This document shows, piece after piece, positions 9,499 to 18,579 of a DNA stretch of 64,000 nt. A program made the translations under genes and the position numbers. Origin of the DNA: an uncultured Acidobacteriota bacterium (GTDB taxonomy: Bacteria > Acidobacteriota > JAQAZP01); assembly GCA_963836075.1 (NCBI GenBank), contig CAWIIB010000001.1:160001-224000 (forward strand), given 5' to 3'. Under the pieces are notes generated by a model. It was not told the DNA's origin, made no database searches, and saw nothing but the letters and a program-made list of their open reading frames with translations. Every line of letters starts with the position of its first letter. Position 1 is the stretch's first letter.

Positions 9499-10392
9499 AT
9501 GGAATTCAATTGCCCGGCCAAGGTCAACCTGGTGCTCGAAGTTCTGGGCCGGCGTCCGGACGGATATCACGAGATCAGGACCATATTCCAGGCGCTGGAG
9601 TTTGCCGACCGTCTGGTGCTCGGGCCAAGAACCGGCCGCGGGCTCAGTCTCGCCCTGCAGGGGGAGGCCGGGGCACTGGTGCCCAGAGGTGCCGACAACC
9701 TTGTCCATGGGGCGTACAGCGCTTTCCAGAGGGCCTTTGGCCCGGTTCCGGGCCTCGAGGTGACCCTGGACAAGAGAATACCTCCGGGGGCCGGTCTGGG
9801 CGGGGGAAGCAGCGATGCCGCGGCCATGCTTCTGGCCCTGCGGAGGATCTGCGGCCGGCCGAGCTCCATCGGGAATCTGGAGGCCGTGGCGGCCGGCCTC
9901 GGTTCCGACGTGCCGTTTTTCCTCCACGGCGGCACGGCACGGGGGACGGGGCGGGGCGAGCGTGTATCAGTCCTTCCGGATTCCGCCAAACATCTGGTGC
10001 TGCTCATTTTACCGCACAAGGTTCTGCGCAGTGAAGATGTCTACCAGGCGTGGGACCCAGTGTTGACAAGCGGGTCGAATCGTATTAGCATCCACCGTTA
10101 TTTGGACGGGAAGGGCGAGGTTTGCCTGAAGCGGGATTTTCAGAGAAACGACCTGGAATCAGTTGTTTTCCGAAATGATCCAGCCTTGGGGGAACTGAAG
10201 GAACTTCTCTACGCCACCGGTGCGGGGTTCGCTTCCCTCTGCGGCAGCGGTTCCGCGCTGTTTGGTCTATACGGCTCGCTGGCTGGGGCGGCTGAGGCCG
10301 CCCGGAGGTTTGAGCCGCTGGCCTGCAGAACCGTGCTGACCCGTTTCCTCGGCCGTGAGGCCCATGGAGCGATGCTCGACCGATCGGTCTGA
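9499..10392 (+). CDS. ispE: 4-diphosphocytidyl-2-C-methyl-D-erythritol kinase
   Basis: PAKVNL.L.V.GRRPDGYH, KRIP.GAGLGGGSSDAA, LGSDVPFF, NDLE, GSGS. Confidence 0.96.
   Translation: MEFNCPAKVNLVLEVLGRRPDGYHEIRTIFQALEFADRLVLGPRTGRGLSLALQGEAGALVPRGADNLVHGAYSAFQRAFGPVPGLEVTLDKRIPPGAGLGGGSSDAAAMLLALRRICGRPSSIGNLEAVAAGLGSDVPFFLHGGTARGTGRGERVSVLPDSAKHLVLLILPHKVLRSEDVYQAWDPVLTSGSNRISIHRYLDGKGEVCLKRDFQRNDLESVVFRNDPALGELKELLYATGAGFASLCGSGSALFGLYGSLAGAAEAARRFEPLACRTVLTRFLGREAHGAMLDRSV
10063..10091 (+). promoter_or_regulatory. Sigma70 promoter inside ispE, probably driving tRNA-Gln/prs
   Basis: TTGACA-N17-TAGCAT in a locally AT-richer stretch of ispE. Confidence 0.6.
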
Positions 10393-10452
10393 GCCGGCAG
10401 TGAGGTCCGGTACAGGGGAAAGAGAAAGCCGCTTGAGGAGGGCGACCAGAGT

Positions 10453-10527
10453 TGGGGTGTCGTCAAGTGGTAAGACACGGGTCTTTGGAACCCGCATTCG
10501 GAGGTTCGAATCCTCCCACCCCAGCCA
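10453..10527 (+). tRNA. tRNA-Gln (TTG)
   Basis: Acceptor TGGGGTG/CACCCCA, anticodon arm CGGGT-CTTTGGA-ACCCG, GGTTCGAATCC T-arm, encoded CCA. Confidence 0.97.
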
Positions 10528-10590
10528 TTACTGATGAGCGCCGCAGGCGTTGTTTTTATGTACCCCAACCTGACCGTTGCGGAGGATCAC

Positions 10591-11535
10591 GTGAAGTACT
10601 CGATGAAGATATTTTCGGGGACCGCTCATCCCGCTCTGACGGCGGAAATCTGTCGCTACCTCAAGGTCCGCAAGGGGAAGATTCTTCTCGACCGCTTCAG
10701 TGACGGAGAGATCCGTTGCCAGATTCTGGAGAATGTCCGGGGGCGCGACGTCTACATCGTCCAGCCCACCTGTGTCCCGACCAACGAGAGCATCATGGAG
10801 ATGCTGATCATGCTCGACGCCTTCCGACGGGCATCGGTGCACACGGCCACCGCGGTGATCCCCTACTTCGGCTACGCCCGGCAGGACCGCAAGGACCGGC
10901 CCCGGGTGGCGATCACCGCCAAACTGGTGGCCGACCTGCTGCAGATCGCCGGGGCTGACCGGGTGCTGACCATGGACCTCCACGCCGCACAGATCCAGGG
11001 CTATTTCAACGTGCCGGTGGACAACCTCTATGCCACGCCGGCGCTGATTCCGCACCTGAGGAAAAACCGGAAAATCAAAAAACCGGTGGTGGTCTCACCG
11101 GATGCCGGCGGAGTGGAACGGGCCCGGGCCTTCGCCAAGAAGCTCGACTGCTCGCTGGCCATCGTCGACAAGCGCCGCGACGCGCCCAACGTGGCCGAGG
11201 TGATGAATGTCATCGGTGACGTCAGCGGCCGTGACGCGATCATCGTCGATGACATGGTGGACACCGCCGGCACGATGACCGAAACAGCCGATGCCCTGAG
11301 CAGGATGGGAGCGAACTCGGTTTCGGCCTGCTGCGTCCACCCGGTGCTCTCCGGGCCGGCGTTGCAGCGTTTGGAGAATTCATCGCTGACCAATCTTATT
11401 GTTACCAATACCATCCCCCTCAGCCCGGAGGCGGCGAAGATGGAAAAGATCTCGGTGGTCTCCATCGCCCACCTTCTGGGGGAGGCCATCAAACGGATCT
11501 GTGAGGACAGATCGGTGACCATACTGTTCAACTGA
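10591..11535 (+). CDS. prs: Ribose-phosphate pyrophosphokinase
   Basis: RFSDGE, PYFGYARQDRK, DLHAAQIQGYF, VSPDAGG, DDMVDTAGT; SD GGAGG before GTG. Confidence 0.97.
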   Translation: MKYSMKIFSGTAHPALTAEICRYLKVRKGKILLDRFSDGEIRCQILENVRGRDVYIVQPTCVPTNESIMEMLIMLDAFRRASVHTATAVIPYFGYARQDRKDRPRVAITAKLVADLLQIAGADRVLTMDLHAAQIQGYFNVPVDNLYATPALIPHLRKNRKIKKPVVVSPDAGGVERARAFAKKLDCSLAIVDKRRDAPNVAEVMNVIGDVSGRDAIIVDDMVDTAGTMTETADALSRMGANSVSACCVHPVLSGPALQRLENSSLTNLIVTNTIPLSPEAAKMEKISVVSIAHLLGEAIKRICEDRSVTILFN

Positions 11536-11576
11536 TCGCGGCCAGGCCGTTGCCGATCAGCAGGAAGGAAAGTGTT

Positions 11577-12257
11577 ATGACTGGACAGGCAATCGAGGTA
11601 AAAGCGCGGCAGACCTTCGGCAGCAACGCCAACCGTCGCCTGCGCAAGGAGGGGTTGATCCCCGGAGTCGTTTACGGCCAGGGTAAAGAGAGCATCGCCA
11701 TCGCCGTGGATCCCCGCCGGATCAAGGAGATTCTCAGCTCGGCCAGCGGCGGGAACACCATTTTCCAGCTACAGATGAGCGAGGGCGAGCAGGTGTTCTC
11801 GCTGGACATGATGCTCCGCGACATCCAGGTGGACCCGACAACTGACGGGCTGCTGCATGTTGATTTCTTGCGGCTGGACATGGCAACGGCGATTCAGGTC
11901 AAGGTTCCGCTGGAACTGCTGGGCACGGCAAAGGGGGTCAAGGAACAGGGTGGCCGCCTCGACTTCATTCACCGCGAATTGAATATCGAGTGCCTGCCCG
12001 CGGACATCCCCGACAGTGTCACCGTCGACGTCGCTGAAATGGAGATCGGAGATTCCGTCCGGGTCAAGGATTTGACTTTGGGCGAGAGGATGACCTTCCT
12101 CGACAGCGATGAGATGGTTGTGCTGGTGCTCAACCAGCCGAAGATGGTGGTCGAGGAAGAGCCGGAAGAGGAACTGGCCGAAGGGGAAGAGGCCGCACCG
12201 GACGGCGAGGGAGAGAAGACCGAGGCTCCCGCCGCGGAAGGCGAAGAGAAGAAATAG
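11577..12257 (+). CDS. rplY: 50S ribosomal protein L25 (Ctc type)
   Basis: RRLRKEGLIPGVVYG, HVDF, GVKEQGG, acidic tail; follows prs. Confidence 0.95.
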   Translation: MTGQAIEVKARQTFGSNANRRLRKEGLIPGVVYGQGKESIAIAVDPRRIKEILSSASGGNTIFQLQMSEGEQVFSLDMMLRDIQVDPTTDGLLHVDFLRLDMATAIQVKVPLELLGTAKGVKEQGGRLDFIHRELNIECLPADIPDSVTVDVAEMEIGDSVRVKDLTLGERMTFLDSDEMVVLVLNQPKMVVEEEPEEELAEGEEAAPDGEGEKTEAPAAEGEEKK

Positions 12258-12266
12258 CGTCGGGTC

Positions 12267-12923
12267 ATGCTGGCGGAGCACGTTGTGGCGTGGTGGAATC
12301 CATTTCGGCGGCGTCGCACAGCGGGTTCCGATCCGCCGCCGGCGTGGGTCGTGGCCGGGCTGGGCAATCCCGGGCCCGACTACCTGATGTCCCGGCACAA
12401 CTTCGGTTTCATGGCGGCCGACAGGCTGGTCCGTCACTGCGGCGGACGCTGGAGCACGGCAGCCGGTTCCACCCTGCAGCGGTGCCGCGTGCGGATCGGG
12501 GAGGACGTCCCCCTCGAGGTGATCCGGCCGCTGGAATTCATGAACCGCAGCGGCGGCGCGGTGCGCCGGGTGCTCGCTTCGTATGGCCTCGATTCCAGCC
12601 GCTTGATCGTGCTGGTGGATGATCTGGCCCTGCCCCTGGGCAGCCTGAGGATCCGGCAGGGAGGTGGTGACGGTGGCCACAACGGACTGCGATCGGTGGT
12701 CCAGGTTTTGGCAGACGGCGCTTTCACCCGGGTGCGCCTGGGTGTGGCACCGCAGGCCGGTATGCCCCCGGCGGCGGAGTGGGTCGATTTTGTTCTCGGA
12801 TCCTTTGAGCCGGATGAGGAAGAAGTGGTGCGGCGGGTGGCCGGGTTGGCCGTGGAGGCGGTGGCCGATATCGTTGGCCACGGACCGCTGAAGGCAATGA
12901 GCCGTTACAACCGCCGGAAATGA
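12267..12923 (+). CDS. pth: Peptidyl-tRNA hydrolase
   Basis: GLGNPG..Y..SRHNFGF, FMNRSG, DDLALPLG, GGHNGLRS. Confidence 0.95.
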   Translation: MLAEHVVAWWNPFRRRRTAGSDPPPAWVVAGLGNPGPDYLMSRHNFGFMAADRLVRHCGGRWSTAAGSTLQRCRVRIGEDVPLEVIRPLEFMNRSGGAVRRVLASYGLDSSRLIVLVDDLALPLGSLRIRQGGGDGGHNGLRSVVQVLADGAFTRVRLGVAPQAGMPPAAEWVDFVLGSFEPDEEEVVRRVAGLAVEAVADIVGHGPLKAMSRYNRRK

Positions 12924-12950
12924 ATGAATGTGAGAGAGTTCACAATGGAA

Positions 12951-13020
12951 CTCCTTGCTCCGGGAAAGTCCCGACGCATGGTGCGTACTGGGCTCCGCCG
13001 GGGCTTCAAGCCAAGAGGAG
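12951..13020 (+). promoter_or_regulatory. Candidate S6:S18 autoregulatory mRNA leader
   Basis: CTCCTTG (12951-57) can pair with CAAG-A-GGAG covering the rpsF SD; internal CCG and small hairpins. Confidence 0.45.
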
Positions 13021-13029
13021 AGCGATGAA

Positions 13030-13668
13030 ATGAGTATGGGACGGTATGAAATCATCTATATTCTGGCGCCGAACACGCCGGAAGACACGATGAACGACCT
13101 GGTGGACCGTTTCGAGTCGGAGGTCATCTCCGGTGGCGGGATACTGCTGCGGGTGGAGAAATGGGGCCGCAAGAAGCTGGCCTACGAGGTTCGGAAGTTT
13201 CGCGAGGGGTTTTTCGTCCTCTTTGTCACCGATTGTGAGGGCGCTCTGGTGGACGAACTGGAACGACGGTTCCGCATGACCGACCAGGTGATCAAGTTCA
13301 TGACCGTGCGCATCGACGAGGAGTTGAAGCGGGCGGGAAAGATGGCCGGGGACGAAGAAATCGGCAAAGCGGTGGAAACGGAGCGGATCGACCGCAGCCG
13401 CCGCAGCGGACCGAAGCCGCCGGTGCGCACCGAGGCTGGTGAAGGTGATGACAAACCGGCAAGCAAAACTGATGATGGGAGCGCCGGGGATAAGGAAACG
13501 GCCAAAACGGATGTGGCAACACCAGTAAAGGATGCCGCGCCGGATGCTGAACAGCCCGCGACCGAGGTGCCCGTGGAGGAGGTCGCCGAACCTGCCGAGT
13601 CCGTCGAGCCCGTCGTGGAAGACGATGACCGGTCGGCCGAAGAAAGCGACGACAGCGAAGAAAAATAA
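13030..13668 (+). CDS. rpsF: 30S ribosomal protein S6 with long acidic C-terminal extension
   Basis: YEIIYILAP, WGRKKLAYEV, ELERRFR...VIKFMTVR core, then about 110 low-complexity residues. Confidence 0.93.
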   Translation: MSMGRYEIIYILAPNTPEDTMNDLVDRFESEVISGGGILLRVEKWGRKKLAYEVRKFREGFFVLFVTDCEGALVDELERRFRMTDQVIKFMTVRIDEELKRAGKMAGDEEIGKAVETERIDRSRRSGPKPPVRTEAGEGDDKPASKTDDGSAGDKETAKTDVATPVKDAAPDAEQPATEVPVEEVAEPAESVEPVVEDDDRSAEESDDSEEK

Positions 13669-13706
13669 CGGGTTCACCCGAAACCACCGGTTGAGGAGTT
13701 GGAAAG

Positions 13707-13976
13707 ATGGCCGAAGCAAGATCATTCAAGGACCGTGGCAGAAAGAAAAAGCAGAAGAAATTCATGTTCCGCCGGAAGAAGATCTGCAAATTCTGCGCGG
13801 ACAAGATCGAATACATCGACTACAAGGATACCCGGTTGCTGCACGGGTTCATTCCGGAGCGGGGCAAGATTCTGCCCCGTCGCATCTCCGGTACCTGTGC
13901 CAAGCACCAGCGGATGTTGACCCGGGCGATAAAGCGGGCGCGCAATATCGCCTTGCTTCCCTTTACCGCCGACTGA
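13707..13976 (+). CDS. rpsR: 30S ribosomal protein S18 (Zn-binding C+ type)
   Basis: [36 protein letters not shown]. Confidence 0.97.
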   Translation: MAEARSFKDRGRKKKQKKFMFRRKKICKFCADKIEYIDYKDTRLLHGFIPERGKILPRRISGTCAKHQRMLTRAIKRARNIALLPFTAD

Positions 13977-14006
13977 GCGTACTCCGGATCAGCGGAAGGA
14001 ACCGGC

Positions 14007-15011
14007 ATGGAACAGCATTCCGGCCGGCAGGGTTCGATTTACTGGAGGGTCGCCGCCGCAGCCATGGGCGCGGCGGCCCTTTTCCTCTTTCCCCCCTGCT
14101 GTTTCCCGCTAAACTTTCTCGCCGCTGTGCCCTGCGTGCAGGTGCGGGCCAGGCTTGGTCCGTTCCATGGCTGGCTGGTCACCGGTCTGGCCGGAGTGGC
14201 GGTGGCGCTGGTCACCGGAGTGCTGTACGGACTGACCGCCGGCGTCGGGTTCGGGCTCTTCTTTGCCGGAGTGGTGGCCGCCCCGGCGGTGGTGATGGCC
14301 GGCTGGGTCGATAGGGGAGTCAGGACGGACCACGCCCTGCTGCTCGGTTTTGCCTTCTGCCTGATCGTTCTGGCGGGGGCCTTCCTGCTGTTCGGCGTGA
14401 CGCTGGGGGTGAGCCCCGGCGAGTTCGTCAACCGGATGAACCAGGAGAACATCGACCTGTTGCAGGAGATGCTGGACCGCTCGATCACCGATCAGCAGCA
14501 GCAGGAGATGCAGCCGCTGTGGGAGAGTGTGGAGGACGGCCCGCGGCTGCTGGGGGACTACCTCTTCGCCATTCTGGGGATCTGGTTCCTCACCGGCCTC
14601 AGTGCCGTGTCTTCCATAATGGCCAGGTCACGGAGATGGGGTGCGCCTGAACGGTTTTCACCCGTGGACAGCCTGCGGGTGGTGGTCCCGGACCTGGCCG
14701 TGTACCCCTTCATCCTCTGCGGGTTACTGACCCTGTTCCGCATTGATGCTCTGAGGACATGGTGCTACAATATCCTGATTATTCTAGGGTTTATGTTCTT
14801 TTTGTGCGGTGTCTCCATTCTGGCCTGGTTCATGTCCCGGCTGGGGGTGCCGTTGGTGTTCAAGATTCTGTTGAGCCTGTTGCTCCTGTCCTATCCCCCG
14901 TTCTGCCTGGTGCTGGCCGGGGTGGGGCTTTTTGATCACTGGTTCGATTTTCGAAAATTGCGCGCGGAGGGCCCGGGCGGCCCGCCGGGCGATCCCGCGG
15001 ACAGCGGGTGA
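14007..15011 (+). CDS. DUF2232/YybS membrane protein
   Basis: Multi-TM protein ending GLFDHWFDFRK, between rpsR and rplI. Confidence 0.8.
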   Translation: MEQHSGRQGSIYWRVAAAAMGAAALFLFPPCCFPLNFLAAVPCVQVRARLGPFHGWLVTGLAGVAVALVTGVLYGLTAGVGFGLFFAGVVAAPAVVMAGWVDRGVRTDHALLLGFAFCLIVLAGAFLLFGVTLGVSPGEFVNRMNQENIDLLQEMLDRSITDQQQQEMQPLWESVEDGPRLLGDYLFAILGIWFLTGLSAVSSIMARSRRWGAPERFSPVDSLRVVVPDLAVYPFILCGLLTLFRIDALRTWCYNILIILGFMFFLCGVSILAWFMSRLGVPLVFKILLSLLLLSYPPFCLVLAGVGLFDHWFDFRKLRAEGPGGPPGDPADSG

Positions 15012-15068
15012 GATATGATCGCACGATGTACGGAACTGTTATCAAGAATGACCGTCGGAGGCTTTGAG

Positions 15069-15515
15069 ATGATGAAAATTATCCTGCGAGAAGATGTGGC
15101 GTCCCTGGGTGCCAAGGGGACGGTGGTGGACGTGGCCAATGGCTACGGCCGGAACTATCTGATCCCCAGGGGTTTTGCCTACCTGGCCACCCCGGGCAAC
15201 CTCAACCGCTACGAGGAGGAGAAGAAGTTCTTTGACGCCCGCAGCATCAAGGAGAAGGATGAGGCCCAGGCCCTGGCTTCGCGACTGACCAACATCTCCT
15301 GCACCATCGCCAAAAAGGTGGGAGAAAACGAAGTGCTCTACGGCTCGGTGACCAACGCGGATATCGCCGCCGTGCTCAAGGAAGAGGGCTTTAACGTGGA
15401 CAAGCGGAAGATCGTCATCGACGAACCGCTGAAAAAACTTGGTGTTTACAACATCCCCATCAAGCTGCACCTCGACGTCACCGCCGAATTGAAGGTCTGG
15501 GTGGTCAAGGAGTAG
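15069..15515 (+). CDS. rplI: 50S ribosomal protein L9
   Basis: MKIILREDV..LG..G.VV.VANGYGRNYLIP, LYGSVT. Confidence 0.97.
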   Translation: MMKIILREDVASLGAKGTVVDVANGYGRNYLIPRGFAYLATPGNLNRYEEEKKFFDARSIKEKDEAQALASRLTNISCTIAKKVGENEVLYGSVTNADIAAVLKEEGFNVDKRKIVIDEPLKKLGVYNIPIKLHLDVTAELKVWVVKE

Positions 15516-15540
15516 GGGAGTCCAGAGGAGGAACGCCACC

Positions 15541-16848
15541 ATGGGCGATTCCGGCGACAAACGGATTCCCGCGGATTTTACCAGCAACCCGGACACCAGT
15601 CTGGAGACCTGGTCGGACGTCTGGAACAGCGGGCGGGAACTGGCGGTCTCTTCACACCGCCCGGTCATCGGGCCCTTCATCGTCCTGTTCAAGAAACTGG
15701 TGCGCAAGCTGGTCAAACCAGCGCTGGCCGACCTGTTCGAACTGCAGAAAAGTTTCAACACCGTTCTGATCCACAACATCGAGCGGGTGGAGAGCGAAGG
15801 GATCACCAGGTCCCAACTGGGCGAGGAGCGTCTTCTGGAACAGACGGAAAAGATCAACAGCCGGGCGGACAGCCTCTTTGTGGTGCTGGACAAACGGCTG
15901 GAGACCCTGGACCGGCAGCTGGACGGGTTTGCCGGCGAACAGACCCGGCAGACCCGGGCCCACCTGGAGAGCCTCACCGAAGAATACCGTCGCAGCACCG
16001 AGCATACGGAAGAGCTCTCGCGGCGGTTGGGTGAACTGCGGCAGCAGCAGTTCATGATCAACCGCAGACTGCAGCGGCTTGCCGGCAGTGCGGAGGGCAG
16101 CCCCGCCGCGCCCGGGTCGTCTCCCGCGGCCGATGACGGGAGCGGCGAACACCTTGATGACCACGCCTACTATCTTTTCGAGAACATCTTCCGCGGTGCG
16201 GAGGAGGTGATCCTCGAACGGCAGTCAGTCTACCTGCCCTACTATCGCGGAGCGGAAAACGTGCTGGACGTGGGCTGCGGGCGGGGCGAATTTCTCGAAC
16301 TGCTCCGGCGGGAGGACGTGCCGGCCTACGGTATCGACCTCAACGAGGATATGATCCAGGTCTGTCGCGAGAAAGGTTTCGATGTCCGTCAGGCCGATGC
16401 GCTGCAGCACCTGGCGTCGCTGCCCCCGGAGAGCCTCGGCGGCGTCTTCATGGCCCAGTTTATCGAGCACCTTCCCGCCGCCGTCATCGTGGAAGCGGCC
16501 CGTCTGGCCTTTGACAAGCTGCGGCCCGGGTCGCACCTGGTGATGGAAACCCAGAATCCGCTGTCCATGGTGGTTTCAGCGAGAAATTTCTACACCGACA
16601 TGTCGCACATCAGGCCGGTGCACCCCGAAGCGGCGAGATTCATGCTGCAGATGGTCGGTTTCCAGCGGGTGGACCTGAAGTTTCTGGCCCCCTTCAGCCC
16701 CGATGAGCAGCTGAAACCGATTCTCGCCGACGGCCTCGCTCCACCAGTCACCGACCGGCACCTGTTCGAGAGGGTGGACGGAAACTTCGAGAAGCTCAAT
16801 GACCTGATGTTCGGCTACCAGGATTTTGCCGTCATCGGCCAAAAGTGA
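15541..16848 (+). CDS. Coiled-coil + class I SAM-dependent methyltransferase (glycan-capping type)
   Basis: Heptad-rich N-terminal half; YYLFENIFRG, VLDVGCGRGEF, ETQNP, FYTD.SH..PV. Confidence 0.8.
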   Translation: MGDSGDKRIPADFTSNPDTSLETWSDVWNSGRELAVSSHRPVIGPFIVLFKKLVRKLVKPALADLFELQKSFNTVLIHNIERVESEGITRSQLGEERLLEQTEKINSRADSLFVVLDKRLETLDRQLDGFAGEQTRQTRAHLESLTEEYRRSTEHTEELSRRLGELRQQQFMINRRLQRLAGSAEGSPAAPGSSPAADDGSGEHLDDHAYYLFENIFRGAEEVILERQSVYLPYYRGAENVLDVGCGRGEFLELLRREDVPAYGIDLNEDMIQVCREKGFDVRQADALQHLASLPPESLGGVFMAQFIEHLPAAVIVEAARLAFDKLRPGSHLVMETQNPLSMVVSARNFYTDMSHIRPVHPEAARFMLQMVGFQRVDLKFLAPFSPDEQLKPILADGLAPPVTDRHLFERVDGNFEKLNDLMFGYQDFAVIGQK

Positions 16849-18572
16849 CACGGCGGCCCCAGGTGAACGTTGCCTATTTCAGCCCGCTGAGCCCGGTGCG
16901 CTCCGGCATTTCCGACTACAGCCAGGAGTTGCTCCCCCTGTTGGGCCCGCTGGTGGACCGGCTGGACCTTTTTGTGGACGGCTACACCCCGGATTGCCGT
17001 GGAATCACCGAACAGTTCTCCTGCCACCCGGCGGAGCGGTTTCCGGACCTTGCCGCTCAGGCCGGTTATGACGTGGTGCTCTACCAGCAGGGAAACAACC
17101 CGCACCACGAATACATCTACCGCCGGGCAATGGAAACACCCGGCGTGGTGGTGCTCCACGATTACGTCCTGCACCACCTGCTCACCGAGATGACCCTGGC
17201 CCGCGGTGACGAGCAGGCCTACCTGGAGATGATGCTGGCCAACCATGGGCCCATCGGCTACAGAATGGGCCGGCTGCGCATCGACGGCCTGTGGAGCGAC
17301 CTGCAGCACTTCCTCTACCCGGCCTGCTGGCAGCTGCTCAGGGCCTCCAGGGGCGTGCTGGTCCATTCACCATATATGGCGCGGTTACTCCGGGGGCACC
17401 TGCCGTCATCGATACCGGTGCGCCGGGTCCCCATGGGGATCGTCCTTCCAGTCCAGGGGGCCGACCAGCAGACCAGGGCTGCCGCCCGGCAGCGGCTGGA
17501 ATTGAGCCCGGATACCCTGGTCATCGGTTCCTTCGGGTTTGTCACCCCGATGAAGCAGCTGGATCTGGCTCTCCGCGCCGTGGCCCTGGTCCGGCAGCAA
17601 CTCTCCCAGCCGGTCTGTTTCGTGGTGGTGGGGGAGGTGTCCGATGCCTGCCCTCTCCAGGAACAGGCCGCCGCCCTGGGCCTCGGGGATGCTGTCCGAT
17701 TCACCGGATACATCGACGCCCCTGCTTTCAACGAGTATCTCCATGCAGTGGACCTGGCTCTCAACCTGCGTTATCCCACCGCCGGAGAGACCTCAGCCAG
17801 CCTGCTCAGGGTGATGGGCTCGGGCGTTCCGGTGGTGGTGCCACGCTACCGGCAGTATGCGGACATTCCTCAGGAGACCTGCGTGCACCTCGATCCCGGG
17901 GACGGTGAGGATGAACGCCTGTCCAGCCTGATCGCTGAACTGGCCGGCGACCCGGAACGGTGTTTGCGTCTGGGGCAGGCGGCGCGGGATTTTGTTGCCC
18001 GGGAACACAGCCTGGAGGGTGCGGCCCGGGGATATGCCGACTTTCTGGAGGGCCTGGGCAGCGGCACGGCCGGCGAGAGTGAGGAGCAGCGCGGGCAGAC
18101 TTCCCGCTGGATAGGTCTGGCGCCCCGGATGCCGGCGGGAAGCGGGCCGTGTGCCGGGGACGGCTACCGCAGGAACAGCCGGGTGCCCGGTGGTCTTGAC
18201 GCCGGGGTGCGGGTGCTGGATCGCATTCTCTCCGCCGGTGCCGGCGAAGAGGGCTGCGTGAGGCTGGAAATCACCAACCGCGGCGATACGGTCTGGATCT
18301 CCGAACCGAACCTCCACGGGGGGTATGTGATCGTGGCCGCGCGGATTTTCGACCGCCGCGGGCGGCTGTGCGGCCCCGAGCAGCAGTGGCAGCAACTGCC
18401 GGAAAACATGGGCCCGGGCTCCACGAAAGTGATCAACTGCCCGTTCCGCTTCCCCCACCGACCGGGGAACTATTCCGTCCGCTTCGACTTGCTCGATGTG
18501 GGCATCAGCTGGTTTTCCATGGATCAGCAGCCTGCGGAGCGTCTTCCTGGTTTCGATGTCACCGTGGGGTGA
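16845..18572 (+). CDS. GT4-family glycosyltransferase with C-terminal Ig-like domain
   Basis: FSPLSP.RSGISDYS, GNNPHH, VVLHD, FGFV...K, LRYPTAGETS; C-terminal N.G..W...PG.Y...DL...WF module. Confidence 0.85.
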   Translation: MTRRPQVNVAYFSPLSPVRSGISDYSQELLPLLGPLVDRLDLFVDGYTPDCRGITEQFSCHPAERFPDLAAQAGYDVVLYQQGNNPHHEYIYRRAMETPGVVVLHDYVLHHLLTEMTLARGDEQAYLEMMLANHGPIGYRMGRLRIDGLWSDLQHFLYPACWQLLRASRGVLVHSPYMARLLRGHLPSSIPVRRVPMGIVLPVQGADQQTRAAARQRLELSPDTLVIGSFGFVTPMKQLDLALRAVALVRQQLSQPVCFVVVGEVSDACPLQEQAAALGLGDAVRFTGYIDAPAFNEYLHAVDLALNLRYPTAGETSASLLRVMGSGVPVVVPRYRQYADIPQETCVHLDPGDGEDERLSSLIAELAGDPERCLRLGQAARDFVAREHSLEGAARGYADFLEGLGSGTAGESEEQRGQTSRWIGLAPRMPAGSGPCAGDGYRRNSRVPGGLDAGVRVLDRILSAGAGEEGCVRLEITNRGDTVWISEPNLHGGYVIVAARIFDRRGRLCGPEQQWQQLPENMGPGSTKVINCPFRFPHRPGNYSVRFDLLDVGISWFSMDQQPAERLPGFDVTVG

Positions 18573-18579
18573 ACTGCCG

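Noticed and set aside
10453-10527. tRNA-Gln as an island integration site
   Set aside because: It is flanked by ispE and prs in conserved order; no adjacent integrase or duplicated 3' end was noticed.
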